From Balamuthia mandrillaris (Eukaryota), in the NCBI GenBank assembly GCA_031835245.2, contig JAVKOQ020000041.1:186001-250000 (forward strand): a stretch of DNA of 64,000 nucleotides. The letters are read 5' to 3'. The notes under the pieces were generated by a model. That model did no database searches. It had not been told where the DNA came from and worked only from the letters and a program-made list of their open reading frames with translations. Below are positions 28,901 to 42,921 of the stretch, one piece after another (the stretch's first letter is position 1; every line of letters starts with the position of its first letter). The position numbers and the translations under genes are program-made.

Positions 28901-31900
28901 TCCATCAGAGATACATGACAATGCTGTTCTTCCCAATATACGAGAGTTGAATCTTTCTGACAACACGTTGATCTCGGTGCCTTCCAGCCTTGCCAAGTTC
29001 ACCACTCTGGATACTCTTCACCTTCACTCAAGGTCTATGATTGTGGTACCTGGGGGGCTGCTTCCCCCTCGTTTACGACGCCTCTCTCTTGCTCATCTCT
29101 TCATCAATGGTACTCCTCTTTCTTTTGTTTGTTTTAAATTTCTGTTACCTAACAGCTCCCCAAACAACCAAAAAAAACAGATAAAACAAAGAAAGTTAGA
29201 ATGGTGCCACAAGAGAATAAGGTGTACAGTGCACGCTTTCAAATGCAGCTGCTTGTCTCTCTGGCCCGTTCTTCTCCGCACTATCTCATCATGTTTGCCT
29301 TATCTTATTTTTCTTCGCGATGTTTGTTGCTTCCCTTTCTTTTTTTTTCGTTTAATATATAACCTAACTTTTTTCTTAAACAGCCGAATACCGACAAGCC
29401 GCCGCACAAGAAGATGATGTAGTCATTCTACTGATGAATGCACTGAAATCAAAAGACACCAGAACGAGATTGGAAGCCTCTCTCGCTTTAGCAAACTTTC
29501 TTGAGAACGAGGCCTTTCAAAGGGAATTTGAAAGTATATTCAAAGAACCAACTAGGTGTGATGCGAGAGAAGGACTGCAAACTCTGCTATCTCTAATTCT
29601 TTGCGAAAAGGAAGAATTGCCTCCGAGGATTCAGGCTATTCGTTGTCTAGCAAATGCAGGGTTTCATGGTTTGTCTGTTCTTTTCTATTTCTTTTATTGT
29701 TTTGCTCATTCGTTCTTTGGATAATCCATTTATTCTTTTTTCACATTAGAACCCAACAGAAAGTTGATATCACAAGAATTAACATTGGAACCTTTCCAGC
29801 GGTTGGCCTTTGACCCTCGTCACGAACTCGCGGCAGAATCTCATCGCTTGCTAAATATTTTTGGAGCTCATGGTTCTCTTTGTAATATCCTTTCCTCTGA
29901 AAGCATGCACTAACCTTTAGTGTTTTATCAACAGACTTTTTGCATTTTGGAAACGCAAATGCTCCAAATACTTTTAACGATCCAACAGCCGAAGAAACGA
30001 CAAGAACACGAAAGAGAGGTGTTCGCATCCTCGCATTGGATGGAGGAGGCATTCGCGCGTTAATCACACTCGAGCTCATGAAAAAAATAGAGGAATTGAC
30101 TGGAAGGAGAATATTTGAGCTGTTCGACCTGATTTGTGGTACTTCCACCGGCGGCATTCTCTCTTGTTTAATTGGATTTAGACGGTTCTCAGCGGAGGAC
30201 TGTGAAGTATTGTACAAAACATTTGCAACGGCGGTCTTTGGCGGGACTCTCTCAGAGGAAGAGTTGAATCGAACTTTGGAGCTTCAGCTCTCAAAACTCA
30301 CAATGGAAGAAAACAATGGTGAGGAGGAGGAATTAGATGATGAAAGAGTTCATCAAGAAGTGAATGAGAGTTATTCGTATAAGAAACTTACAAAAACGGA
30401 CAGAATTACAACAGAGTCTGAAGGAGAAGCCCATGATGAAACGCTGTCTTCGATTGGAGGTGACTCAGAATTAAGCGATGAAGGAGAAGTAGAAGAATTG
30501 GAACAGAATGTAGAAGGCGGAGAAGGAGAAGAGAACGACGAACCAAAAGTAGAAGCATACGAGAAAGAAGTGCATGACAAGGAGATTGTAAATGTTGCGG
30601 TGCCTTCCTCTCCGGCAGCTACTTCCTTGTCTTCCTTCTCATCCTCTTTCTCCTTCTTTTATTCCACATCTACTGCAAATTCCACAACTACTACTAGCGC
30701 TTCTACTAATCCTCTTTCTCCCATACCCTCTCTTTCTTTCTCATCTGCTTCAACCTCTTCTTCTGGCTATTCCTTCTATCGATTGATCAACTGGCTGCAA
30801 TTCTTCAAGAGCGGAAGTTATTACAAAGGCATTGTATTCTTTCTTTTATTTTCATTTACCCGTTTATGATGTATATAATAACAAACGGTAAAAAAAAACA
30901 GCGGAGCCATTGACCTCATTGTTGGCAAGGATATGTACAGATGGAACTATGATAGATTTGACTCGTGAAACGTCCATTCGAGATATTATTCTTCACAGAC
31001 AAAAACAACAACAAAAACGGCTGCAACGAACAACCTCTTCCATCAGATCAACTTCAAAAATAAAAACATCGAAACACGAAAGAAGACGAAAAGGACTGAG
31101 TTGGGGACCTGAATCAAAGAAGAAGATTAGCAAGAGCAAAGACAATGAACTCGAACAACAGGAAAAGCGGCTTTCCTCTTCACCTCATCAAAACTACTAC
31201 AAACACTTGAAGGTATTTGTGGTATCGACAGAGATCAGCCATCAGCCAGCAAAACTGTTTCTTTGGAGGAACTATAATTATCCAGAAGGGCGTCGTTCTC
31301 GTTACGATGGCACCTGTCGTGGAAAGGTCTATGAGGCTCTACGTGCCTCCAGCGCTGCTCCCTCCTACTTTGATGAGTTTGTGCCTAGCGATGATCCTTC
31401 ACAACGTCATATTGATGGTACATTCCCCTTACTTCTTTTTTGTCTCCCTCCTTTCAATCTTCTAACAACGAACAACTTCGTTTAAACTTCAATAGGAGGA
31501 ATAATGTGCAACAATCCATCAGCGGTGGCCATCCACGAAGCCAAATGTTTATGGCCGGAGCGAAACATCGACTGCGTGGTGAGCTTGGGCACCGGTGCTG
31601 CTCCTCCAAAGAGCGGCGGACGCGGCATTCATTCCATTTTGGCAAGTGTGATACATGCGGCCACCACCTCTTCTATAGTGGATGCTGTTTTGGAGGATCT
31701 GTTGGACGAGAAGCATTACTTTCGGTTTCATCCGGTCGATGAGGCTTGTGGTTGCGCTTTGTACGTTCTTTCTTTCCATTGTTATCTCTTCTTTTCTCTT
31801 CGTTTTCTCTTTATTCCTCTTTTCTTTGGTTTCTAATTTTTGGGCTTGAAGAGATGAAATAGACGAAGAAAAGTGGGAGTTAATGCAGGAAGCTGCAAGA

Positions 31901-31963
31901 AAGTACATTCAAGAGAACATGCCACGACTCGAAGAGCTGTGCAAACTTCTCACTGATTCATAA
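25924..31963 (+). CDS. LRR + ARM-like + patatin phospholipase (iPLA2-gamma / plant PLAI-like architecture), multi-exon
   Basis: Many LxxLxLxxNxL repeats. Patatin motifs DGGGIRA, GTSTG, ASSAAPSYF, HIDG|G, VSLGTG. Confidence 0.9.
27990..28245. repeat. (CTCTCTG)n heptamer repeat in intron
   Basis: Tandem heptamers between LRR exons. Confidence 0.9.
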
Positions 31964-31989
31964 AGTTCTGAAAATGACCTGTGAAAGCA

Positions 31990-32246
31990 TCAATGCCGCC
32001 ATCCTTTCTCGTGCCCATCTTCCATTTGCTATTTTTGAATCAAAAACGAAAGCAGATTAATAGAGAAAAAGAAGCAAAAGAAGAGAAGAAAGAAGAACAA
32101 GAAAAGAAGAAAGGAACCGGTTCTAAGAAGCCTCTGAAAGTGTTGCCATCACCACTCCACCTGGCACCATAGCCTTCTTTTGTTCGAACTTCAAAAATGC
32201 CCAAATCATGCTTTATCAAAATAAACGATGAGCGAAAGCGAAACGC

Positions 32247-32281
<35 letters not shown>

Positions 32282-33662
32282 TACAGGTAAGAGATGAAGG
32301 TTTAGCCATGTAGCATTCTGAAAGATCTTTTTAATGATGGCTTCTGCGTTTGCGTTCTTCAATGGGTCAGGTCCCTTAAGTTCGTGTATTTTAGGTTGAC
32401 AATTGCACCAAAGAGAGAAACAACAACGGAGGAAAGGGAATACGAACAGTGGTGGTGCCCCACCATTGTTGAGAGTCGCGATGGCCATGTTTGCACAATG
32501 CTCTTGCTGCTACGCTCAACCGGGCTCCTCCTTTGTGGGGCTTATTGGCACTGGCTAACAAACGTCTCCGGCTATCATTTTGTTAAATATCATTTTAGGG
32601 AGATCCCTAAAGGAAAGAAGAAAAACGAGAAACGAACATTCATCACAAATGAATAAGAGGAGCATGTGAGTACCTTGGTGGGAAGGCATCAATGCTTTTG
32701 AAAGTTTGTCGAAGACCCAAACAAGTCAATAATCCACGCAAACCGGCTACCTTTTAAGTGTTAGGGAGGGTTAGAGCACCACCACATGATGAGGAGTGAG
32801 TTACAAAAAAAGAGTGACCAGAAGTACCTCTATCACTTTTTGCAACATGTTTTTCTTTACAGTGTCTATCGTTGGCGAATAGCAAGAGGGTCAGAACAGA
32901 TTCAAGAAGAGTAAAAGATGAAATATGAGATAAAGAACAACAGAGAGAGAAGGAGAACGCATAACGAAAACCAGAGAATGATGCGTGAAGCATAAAGAGA
33001 TAAACAAACCATCAGCAGAATCCCAAAGAGCAGAACAACGAAGAAGAAGCGGGGTGACGCTCTCTTCCAATCGTGCAACATCATCTATCGTCGCTAATAC
33101 TTGCTGTCCTTCCATCTTTTCAAAACAAAGCGGAAAGCTGCCTTTCGCTGCCCATTTGCTCCACACATTCGCTATCTTTTTTTTTTTGTTTTAGTTTTTG
33201 TTTTGCTTTGCTTAGAAGAAAGTCAAAAAAACGAAAAACAAACCGTACTTGTAGAAAGAAAGGCCGTTTTGGCATCGCATCCTCCTCTTCTTCTTCCTCT
33301 TCTTCTGTTGTAATGTTTTGTCCTGGAGGTTCTTTTTTGTCGACATATGGCGCTCTGACGACAACCCGGTTCAGCGTTGCGTAGTACAAAAGCAAGTGAG
33401 GCGAGGGTACTCCTTCTTCAGCCCCTTCTTCTTCGGTCATTGCTAACAACATCTCCCTTTCGTTGAACTCGTTTGCAATGCTTGCTTCTTCCACGGCTTC
33501 TTCTTCTTCTTCGCTTTCCTCTTCATCTTCTTCCCTCAAAAGCTGTGTACATAGGGAATAGTTCAGACAACTCTTTTCTGCTCCTTCTTGCTCGTCGGCA
33601 ACACCCTGACTCCGTTCCAACAGCAACCGCCGTAAAACTTGTTGCACTTCTTCTGTTCTCAT
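31990..33662 (-). CDS. Conserved hypothetical protein, multi-exon; C-terminal domain resembles the one in plant ASCH-associated proteins
   Basis: Spliced product contains ARALCKHGHRDSQQWWG, KNANAEAII..WLNLH, FEVRTKEGYGARWSGDGNTFRGFLEP|QMEDGHEKGWRH*. Confidence 0.75.
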
Positions 33663-34014
33663 CTTTCTTTTCTTTTTTTTTTTACTTAACAATGTAAAAT
33701 ATGTTGAATATTTAAATAATTTAAGAAATGTACTTTCCCTCATAAAATGTTAGCCATCTCAGTAATGTTAGGAATGACAAATATGCAAATCGAATTCTCT
33801 CTGATGAGAGAGAGAGAGAGAGAGAGGAGAGAGTGAGAGAGGAGAGAGAGAGAGAGAGAACCCCTCCAACAACAACCTGATCCTCCCTGCCTTCACTCCT
33901 CCGAGTTTGGGGTGTTGTTGACTTGTTTGCTTTCTTTCGGCTCATCGTGAAAGACCTTTACAACCATTTCAAACCAAGCGAAACGCAAGAAAGAAATGAC
34001 CAGAAAGAATGAAC

Positions 34015-34049
<35 letters not shown>

Positions 34050-34085
34050 GACAAGGACAAAGGGTCTTGAAGTTATGTAGTTGTT

Positions 34086-35038
34086 TTAGAGTTGATCTGT
34101 TTCTCGGCCTTCTTCTTCTTTCAACTCCTCAGCCCAAGCATTCGGTCCAGGCAAACCGATGGGGATGGCCAACTGCACCCGACTCAGCAGAATAGGTGTC
34201 GATGGGGAGCGTATCGCCTCGTCTTGGTTTTGGGCTCTCCATAAATCAGACATCTTTTGTAATGTTCTCCATCGAACGCGGTGATGAGCACTCTTTGTTT
34301 GTTGGTTAGGTTAACGAATGAATGCACAGAAGGAAGAAGGAAGAAGGAAGAAGGAGAAGAAGAGTTACCTCGAGAGAAGGAGGAGGAAGATCAGGAATAC
34401 GTTCAAGAAGACGTTGAGATATTAGCATGACTCTGATTTTGCGGTTCCATACGCCTTCATCCTTTTCGCAGGTCAAGCCAAACACGTACCACTCCAACTT
34501 CACCGGAATGCCGCTTTGTTATTTTTTTCATAATTAAGATAACGTTGGAAGAAAGGAGAAAAAAGAGGAGAAACCAACCAATCTTCCTGCAAGAAGCCCA
34601 TCATGCAGCTGCTCGATATTTCGTTCAAGATGTTGTTGAGGACGTACCAGTTCTCTTCTGGCGCTATCATCAAAAACGGCTTGCCTACTTCTGTTTTGGC
34701 TGCTGCATTTGCCACAACTCTGGTTGTGGTTGGCACAATAATAAAATAGAGAATAAGAAAGAATAAAACCAGAGGCAGGCAGTAAAAATGAAAGAAGAAA
34801 GAAGAAAGAAAGATGTACTTGACGGCAGCATGATTACGAAACATCATGTCATAAAGACTGCGTTCGAAGAGCGTTCTAAACTTGAGAGTGTTGTCGTGGT
34901 ACAGGTTCAAGCTGAAGTTGACTCGGCCCATAAAATGTCGCCTGTACCATTTCCATTTGCCTCTTGACCATGCAAACAATGTTGTCAGGGTTGCTGTTTT
35001 GATTCGTTGGAAAGACAGAGAATGAAGGTGTTATTGTT

Positions 35039-35074
<36 letters not shown>

Positions 35075-36047
35075 AGAAGGAGAAGGATGAATGAAGCATG
35101 AAGGAAAATGACGAAGATAAAGAATGAAGAGTGAAGAACAAGGAGGAGGATGAGAACGGATAGATACAAAGACAGAATATAGGAGAAAGAGGAATGTACC
35201 GGCAAGCGTCCAAGCAATAGCATTGTAAACAGGATAGGGAAAGCCCTGTTTTAAAAAAAAACCATTAATAAAGGTTCGCCTGTATAAAACCCCAAAAAAA
35301 AAACCAAAACCAACAACGTACAGTGAGGTCGCCCAAAGACTTGGGCAGTTTCTCCTTCAACAGCTTGGCCGCTTCTGGGGTGAGCACCACTCTTGGCTGT
35401 TTCTTCTGTTCTAGCGCAGCCGCCCTATCATCATCGTCCTTTTTCTTCGCATCGGTCTGTCCTTCTGCTGCTTCTGCTTCTTCCTCCACGCCTTCTGCGC
35501 TTTCTTCCATTTGTCTTCGCAACAATTGTTTTAACTTTGTGACCTCTTTTTTTTTAAAAAAAATAAAAACGAAAAGTTTAGAATAAAAATAATAATAAAA
35601 ATAGTAAAAAGGTGAATGAAGAGAAAGACCCTAACCTTGGTCATGTGCATGATGATAGACATAAGTGGCGGAGAGCAAGAGCGAGCCGACGGACAGGCCA
35701 AATAGGGCGCTCTTCCAGTCGAACCACGACCACGATTGTTTACGGAAGGCCTGGTCGGCCTCCTTCGTGATGGAGGAGGTCGGTCTTGGGACAGCTGTTT
35801 CCTCGCATTCCAGCAAAGAGGAAGAGGAAGAGGAAGAGGAAGAACGACGCAAAGGAGAGGAAGCAGAGAAGAAACGAAGTGGCTGGGGTCGTTGCGAGCG
35901 GAGAGAAGGAGAGAGGAAAGAGGAAGTTTGACGAGAGAGGAGAGAAGAAGGATGAAAGCGAGGCAAAGAAGAAGAAGAAAAAGGGAGGGGAGAAGAGTAA
36001 CAAGAACAACAAGCTTTTCGCATTTCCGAAAGAAAGTAACGCTGCAC
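34086..36047 (-). CDS. Hypothetical protein with a mitochondrial-type presequence and TM helices, multi-exon
   Basis: Arg/Ser-rich, acid-poor N-terminus. TM segment SALFGLSVGSLLLSATYVY. Conserved-looking core GRVNFSLN..FRTLFE..WYVLNNILNEIS..GLTCE..RKIRVMLI..HRVRWRTL. Confidence 0.7.
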
Positions 36048-36394
36048 TATCCTCTCTCTCTCTCTCTCTCTCCTTTCGTGAAAACCAATGCAGGGTGGCC
36101 CTCACTGTTTTTTTTTTTTTGGGTTTCGTTCCCTTCGAGGTTCAACAGCAGGCCGCCAAAGCGTTGCGCTTCACTCGCCAAGCGCAGAGGGTGCGATTCG
36201 TTGAGGGATCAGAAATGTCCAGAACAGAGGAAGAGGAGCAGTAAAGGATCAGCATTTGTTCACAAATAGTACACAACTTTAGAATATTTAAAGAATTTAA
36301 ATTCCAATAAACTCTAAAAGGAAATTTCATTACATCAATTAAAAAAATTAGAAAACAAAAAAAAAAAAAAGAAAGAACAAAAGATACGAAGAAA

Positions 36395-36836
36395 ATGGGT
36401 TTTGTCTCGGCGGAAGTGACGGCCCTTATGGCCACCATTTTGACCGGTTCGATCTTCTCCTGCCTCGGCACTTGTTTCATCATCATCACATGCTTCGTTC
36501 TCGGCAAAAATAAGTTTCTATATTGGCGGTTTGTTCGTTATAGTGTTTTTTCTTATCTATCCTTTTTTTGTTTCAGCTCTACCGCTAACCATGCCTGTGA
36601 AACACAACTGTTTCAAAGGTTGGTGATGGGCCTTAGCGTCTGTTTATTCATTTATTCGATCACTGTGGTACGTCATATCTTTCTCTCTTCTCTCTGTCTT
36701 CAAAATATTATAACGGTGGAGAAAACATCTCTTCTTTCTCTTTTAGTTGATAAGTTCTGCAATGGTTCTTGCTCGTTCTCCTATTTATGAAGCTATTTGC
36801 AATATTCAAGGTTCATTCTGTTCCTTTTTTTTTTTG

Positions 36837-36889
<53 letters not shown>

Positions 36890-38036
36890 TCTTCTCTGCT
36901 CTCTGCTTCTCCGTTAATTCTATTGTGCTTATTCTCTTGCTTGCTCAAACGATACCTCAGCTTATAGCATTCAAGCATCGGAGCAAGGAGCAGCGGTGTA
37001 TATTTTGATGATTGCTGTGAACGTGTATCTGAGCGTTGTGACGCGTTACACCCCCACTTTATCCGCAGAAATTCTGTTTCATGCGATACCTTTGCTTTGG
37101 GGCTCCATCCAAGCGCTCTTCCCTATCTTTGAGCTGATTCCTTCCATTCGTTATGGCAGAGGAGGTAGCTTCTCTCTCACTCCACTTTCGTTCGTTCTTT
37201 TCCGTAACATTGTTTCCATCTTTCTTTTTTCTCCATTTCCTATTGCTCTTTCGTTTTTTTACTTTTATGTTCTCCTTTGGTGTCTTCTCATGCTTCTTGC
37301 TTCCCGTAAAAAAACACCACAGAGGGATGGTGTTGGATTGAAGTCAAGCCATCATATGCGCGCGTGGTCATGTCCTTTACCTGGATATGGATCGCTATCA
37401 TGGCCGTCTTCATCGTCTACATCATTGTCTACCTCCGGATACGCCGCGAGAGGGACCTCACCAGCTTCCGAAAGGCCCTTCTCAAGGGCACCGATCCAAC
37501 GCAAAAGGTTACTAGAGCGCTCTTCCTCTACCCGTTGGCCTTTAGCGTGCTCTACGTGCCACGCACAGTGTCGGCTATCGTGGAGGGCGCTTCTGGCTTT
37601 TACTTTGAAGTGGAGCTCTTCGAGGCGGTCTTCTTTGCGTTGCAAGGATTTATGGCTACTGTTGTCTTCTTGTTTACTGGCGATGTTATTAAGGTAAGAA
37701 CAACTGAGAATAGAAGAGAGACGCAGGAGTGGCAGAAAACGAAGAAGAAGATGAAGAAGAAGAAGAAGAAGAAGAAGAAGAAGAAGAAGAAGAAGAAGAA
37801 GAAGAAAACGAAGAAGTAGAAGTAGAAGAAGAAGAAGAAGAACAGAAAAAAAGAAAAAAAGAAAAAAAAAGAGCTGTATGGAATGTGCTAACATTGAACA
37901 TGAATTCCAGGGATACAAACGGAAAAATAGAAGGTATACCGTGACGGACAGCTTCGAGCCGGTGGCTTCTTCATCACGAGCCTCCACCTTTGATGCTATT
38001 CCTCTTTTGAGAGGAAATCAAAGCAGCTACTTTTAA
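36395..38036 (+). CDS. 7TM GPCR, cAMP-receptor/GCR1-like, multi-exon
   Basis: Multiple TM helices, WCWI (EGWCWIEV), LFLYPLAFSVLYVP, FALQGFMATVVF. Confidence 0.8.
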
Positions 38037-38146
38037 ACAAAGAACAGATTCTCTCTTCTCTCATTGTTCTGCTGCCGTCCCAGTTTATTTTTTTTAAAAT
38101 TTCTGTTGCAACAAGTTTTGGGTGTGAATGTTGTGTGGTATGATGG

Positions 38147-39270
<1,124 letters not shown>

Positions 39271-39581
39271 CCTCGGGAAGAAACAGCGGGGAGCACAACC
39301 ACCCACCAGGCCAAGCACAACGGAGTCTCCGGAGTGGCAACATGAGTGAACGCTTGCTTGCTTTGTCCGTGCGTGTGCGTACGTGTTGTATGAAGACCGG
39401 GGGACCGAAATAAATATAGTAGTCGGGCTACGGGCTGAGACCTCGTAATTACACCCAACCCCAGGTGGTAAGACAACGTGGGTTCTCTGCGAGCCAAAGT
39501 CAGAGGCGTCAACGCGTTTACTTTTCTTCTGAAGTTCCTGCTCCATACACGAAGAAACTTCTGCCTTTATTTTCATCGATG

Positions 39582-40270
39582 TTATATTTCTTCCGCAAAC
39601 TTTATCCATTGGGCGATGGCGGGCAGCTCCTTCATGGTGTTGAACAAAGCGGTCAGTTTAGGGTAAGAGCCTTCGGGCAAAGAAGGTCCAATTATCAACT
39701 GGTCATCCCACATGAGCGTGAACACAGCCACGTCAGCAAAAGTGGGCGCCATGCCTCCTTCCGCTGCAGGCTTCCCATCGGCAAAGAAAGGGGTGGAGCT
39801 GCGAGAAAGAAAGGTCTCCATGACGGTGTAAAAGTGTTGCCTTGTCTTCTCGGTGTACTCCATTTTAGCTTCCTCGCTGCCAAGAGCGCCTTTCACGAAC
39901 TCGTTTCTCCAAGAAGTATACAGATCAGCTATCCTATCTGTCTCATAGTCATATTCTTCTTGTCCTATTTTTTGTGGGTGTGTTAACAACCAATCTTCAC
40001 CACTGCTTAAACTTAAAAGAGAAGGGCATACCCTCACCACCGTACTTTCCGATTTTACGGCTAAAGTAACGCATTATAGAGAGGTGTTCTGTCAAGGGTT
40101 TGCCATGAAACACAACAACAGGTAGCAAGCCAGTGGGGCTCTCTCCACTGTCGACCAGCTGTTGCTTCACTTGAGGCCAACTGTGATCCCATGCGTAGAG
40201 CTCCTCTTTGAACTCTATACCATTGCAAAGCATGAAAAATCTGAGAGGATTTTTTAGGTTGTTAGCAGAG

Positions 40271-40319
<49 letters not shown>

Positions 40320-40421
40320 GGAAGGGGCGAACTTGATAACGCCTCCACGGCCAGCCAGTTTCCCAAGTTTAAGGTACTTGTACGTGGGCACTCCACCCAG
40401 CTTCTCATTTGCTTTCGACAT
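39582..40421 (-). CDS. Glutathione S-transferase, 3 exons
   Basis: YKYLKLG..GRG, SPTGLLPVV, TEHLSIMRYFSRK, TFADVAVF, YPKL. Confidence 0.85.
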
Positions 40422-40776
40422 TTTGCTGCCTGTTTTGCTTTTTTTTCTTGCATGACTCCAGACCCTCAACAGCCATAATAATGGTCAAATGAATTAAAGG
40501 ACAGCTCACCACAGTGCGATTGGTGGAACTAAGCGAACGGAACGCCTAAAAACGATGCAGTCTGTTCAATAATTTTGGATTCTTCGCGAAAAATTATTCT
40601 GATGATGCAATACTATTGGATATATCAGATTCGTAAATTTTTTTTTTCGGTCACCAAAATAAAAATACTTTGCATGCTTTAAATTTTTCAGATGAGAAAA
40701 AGGAAAGAATCAGATAAGCCCCCCTTTTATTGCGGGAGTAACGCCTTGGGAGGAAAGGAAAGGAACAAAGAAGGCC

Positions 40777-42838
40777 ATGGCGAAGCAAGCGCAACGGGTC
40801 ATGTTGGCCCAAGCCTGGGGCGAGGAAGTGGATCCTAGCGGCTGGTGGATGTCCGAAAAATTGGGTATATATTTTGAGCATTATAGCTCTTCCTTTTTTT
40901 TTTTTCTTCAAAAAAAAAACTTTTCTTATGTTTTTTTGGTTTTTTTTTTCTGTTTTTTTTTTTCTGTAATAACAACAACAAAAAATAAAAGATGGAGTTC
41001 GTGCGTATTGGTCCGGCAGCAACTTTTATTCTCGACAAGGGAACCTCTTTTATGCGCCGGAGTGGTTCGGCGCGGGTCTTCCCGACTGCCCTCTTGACGG
41101 CGAACTCTGGTATGTGCCTCTTTTCTTTCTTTGTCTTTTCGCGTCAAACTGAAAACTGAAAACAAGGTGCGGTCGAGGCCTCTTCCAAAAATGTGTCAGC
41201 ATCGTCAAGAAGAAGAAGAACGTGATCGAGGAGGACTGGAATTACGTGACCTACCTCGTCTTCGACGCCCCCTCCCTCGACCTTCCCTACGAGAAACGCA
41301 TCCAGTTCCTCCAAAAAGCCATCACTTCCTCCTCCTCCTCTCATGCCGCCGTTGTCGGCGTTCAGAAGTGCAAGGACGTGGCCCACCTCCAGGAAACCCT
41401 GAGAAAGGTGGAGAACTTGGGAGGAGAAGGGCTCATGCTGCGTCGTCCCGGCTCGCTCTACGAATGGGGTCCCTCCCGCTCCTCCACCCTCCTCAAGGTG
41501 AAGAGCTTCCACGACGAGGAGGCCCTCGTCATCGGGCACAAGCGCGGCACGGGCCGATGCCTGAACATGATGGGCCATCTGGAGTGTCGCCTGCCCAACG
41601 GCCTGGAGTTCTCCATCGGTACCGGCTTCAGCGATGCACAGCGCAAGAAGCCGCCCAAGATAGGCAGCGTCATCACGTTCAAGTACCAGGAGCTCAGCAA
41701 CTCGGGCAACCCGAGGTTCCCGGTCTATCTGAGGGAGAGAACCGACATGACCTGGGAGGATGTGTTGGAGGCGGCCAAGACGAAGACGCCGTTCTCGCAG
41801 ATACCGAAGAAACAGCGCGCGTTGAAGAGGCAGCACTCCATCATGTTCTCCACGCTTCCGACTTCGGCTTCCGCTTCTTTGGATGTTGATGAGGGAATGG
41901 TAGAGGAAGGACGTGCCTCTTCGTCTTCTTCTTCGTCAACTTCGAAAACGGTGACCAAGTCTACCACAAAAGTAACGGCAGCAGCAACAACAGCCGCAAC
42001 AGCACCAAAGAAAAAGAAGTGCATGTACGGAGCTGCATGCTACAGGAAAGACCCGCTTCACCTCAGCACTTATTCCCATGAAACATCCACCGCTTCCACG
42101 TCCACGACGAACGTTACTGCTGCTTCTTCCTCTGCTTCTGAAGAGAGAGATGATGCTGTGAAGGTTCCTTGTAAGTGGGGAGCCGAATGCTATCTCACTA
42201 AGCCTGATCATCTTCGGTTTGTTCTTCTTATGGTTGGTCTTCTGCTTATTCTCATTGTTCTTTCTCTCTTTCTCTCCTATCTTCCTCTTTGCAGTAAGTA
42301 TTCGCATCCTCCAAAGGATCAAAAAGAGAAGAAAGCTGAAGAAGAGGAAGAAGAGGAAGCGGAAGCTGGAAAAGAAGGACTCAACGAAGACTCAACTTTG
42401 CCAATGGAAGACTTTTACTATGAATCCGATGATGAAATAAAGGTGGAAGCGGAAGAAGAAGAGTTGATCCTTGTGAACGAACCCGAAGGCGGTGAACAAA
42501 ACACAGGGGAAGAAGAAGAAGAAAGTGGTGGAAGTCTTCACATCGCATCTCCCGAAGATGAAGAGACCGTCACCGTTACCAAGAGAGAGTGGACCGTCCT
42601 GCAAGCTGCCCTCAAGAACGCGATGCAAAGAATAGAAGCGCTTGAAACTTGGATGTACAGTGACAAAGCTTTTTGGAAAGCCGCTCCTCTGGAAACCGAA
42701 GAAGAAGCAGAAGGAAACGAACAAAAAGAAAAGCAGAAACAAAAAGAAAAGATGACAGTAGAAGACGAGGACGATGAAGAAGACAAGACCGAAGACAGAA
42801 AACGTTTCGCAAAGAGAAAAAGGTACGAACAAAATTGA
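40777..42838 (+). CDS. Minimal bacterial-type ATP-dependent DNA ligase + two PBZ zinc fingers + acidic tail, 4 exons
   Basis: Motif I SEKL|DGVR, DGELW, VFDAP, EGLMLR, LLKVK and an OB domain (IGTGFSD..ITFKY..PRFP). PBZ-like CMYGAACYRKDPLHLSTYSH and CKWGAECYLTKPDHLR|KYSH. Confidence 0.9.
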
Positions 42839-42921
42839 AACACTTATACACATGACAAAAAAACAAGCAAACAATAAACAATAAACAACATGAACGAAAA
42901 CCTGTCGTTTTTCTTGAAAGC

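Noticed and set aside
32675..32750. Apparent frameshift in an exon
   Set aside because: Re-reading gives an open frame (RQTFKSIDAFPP).
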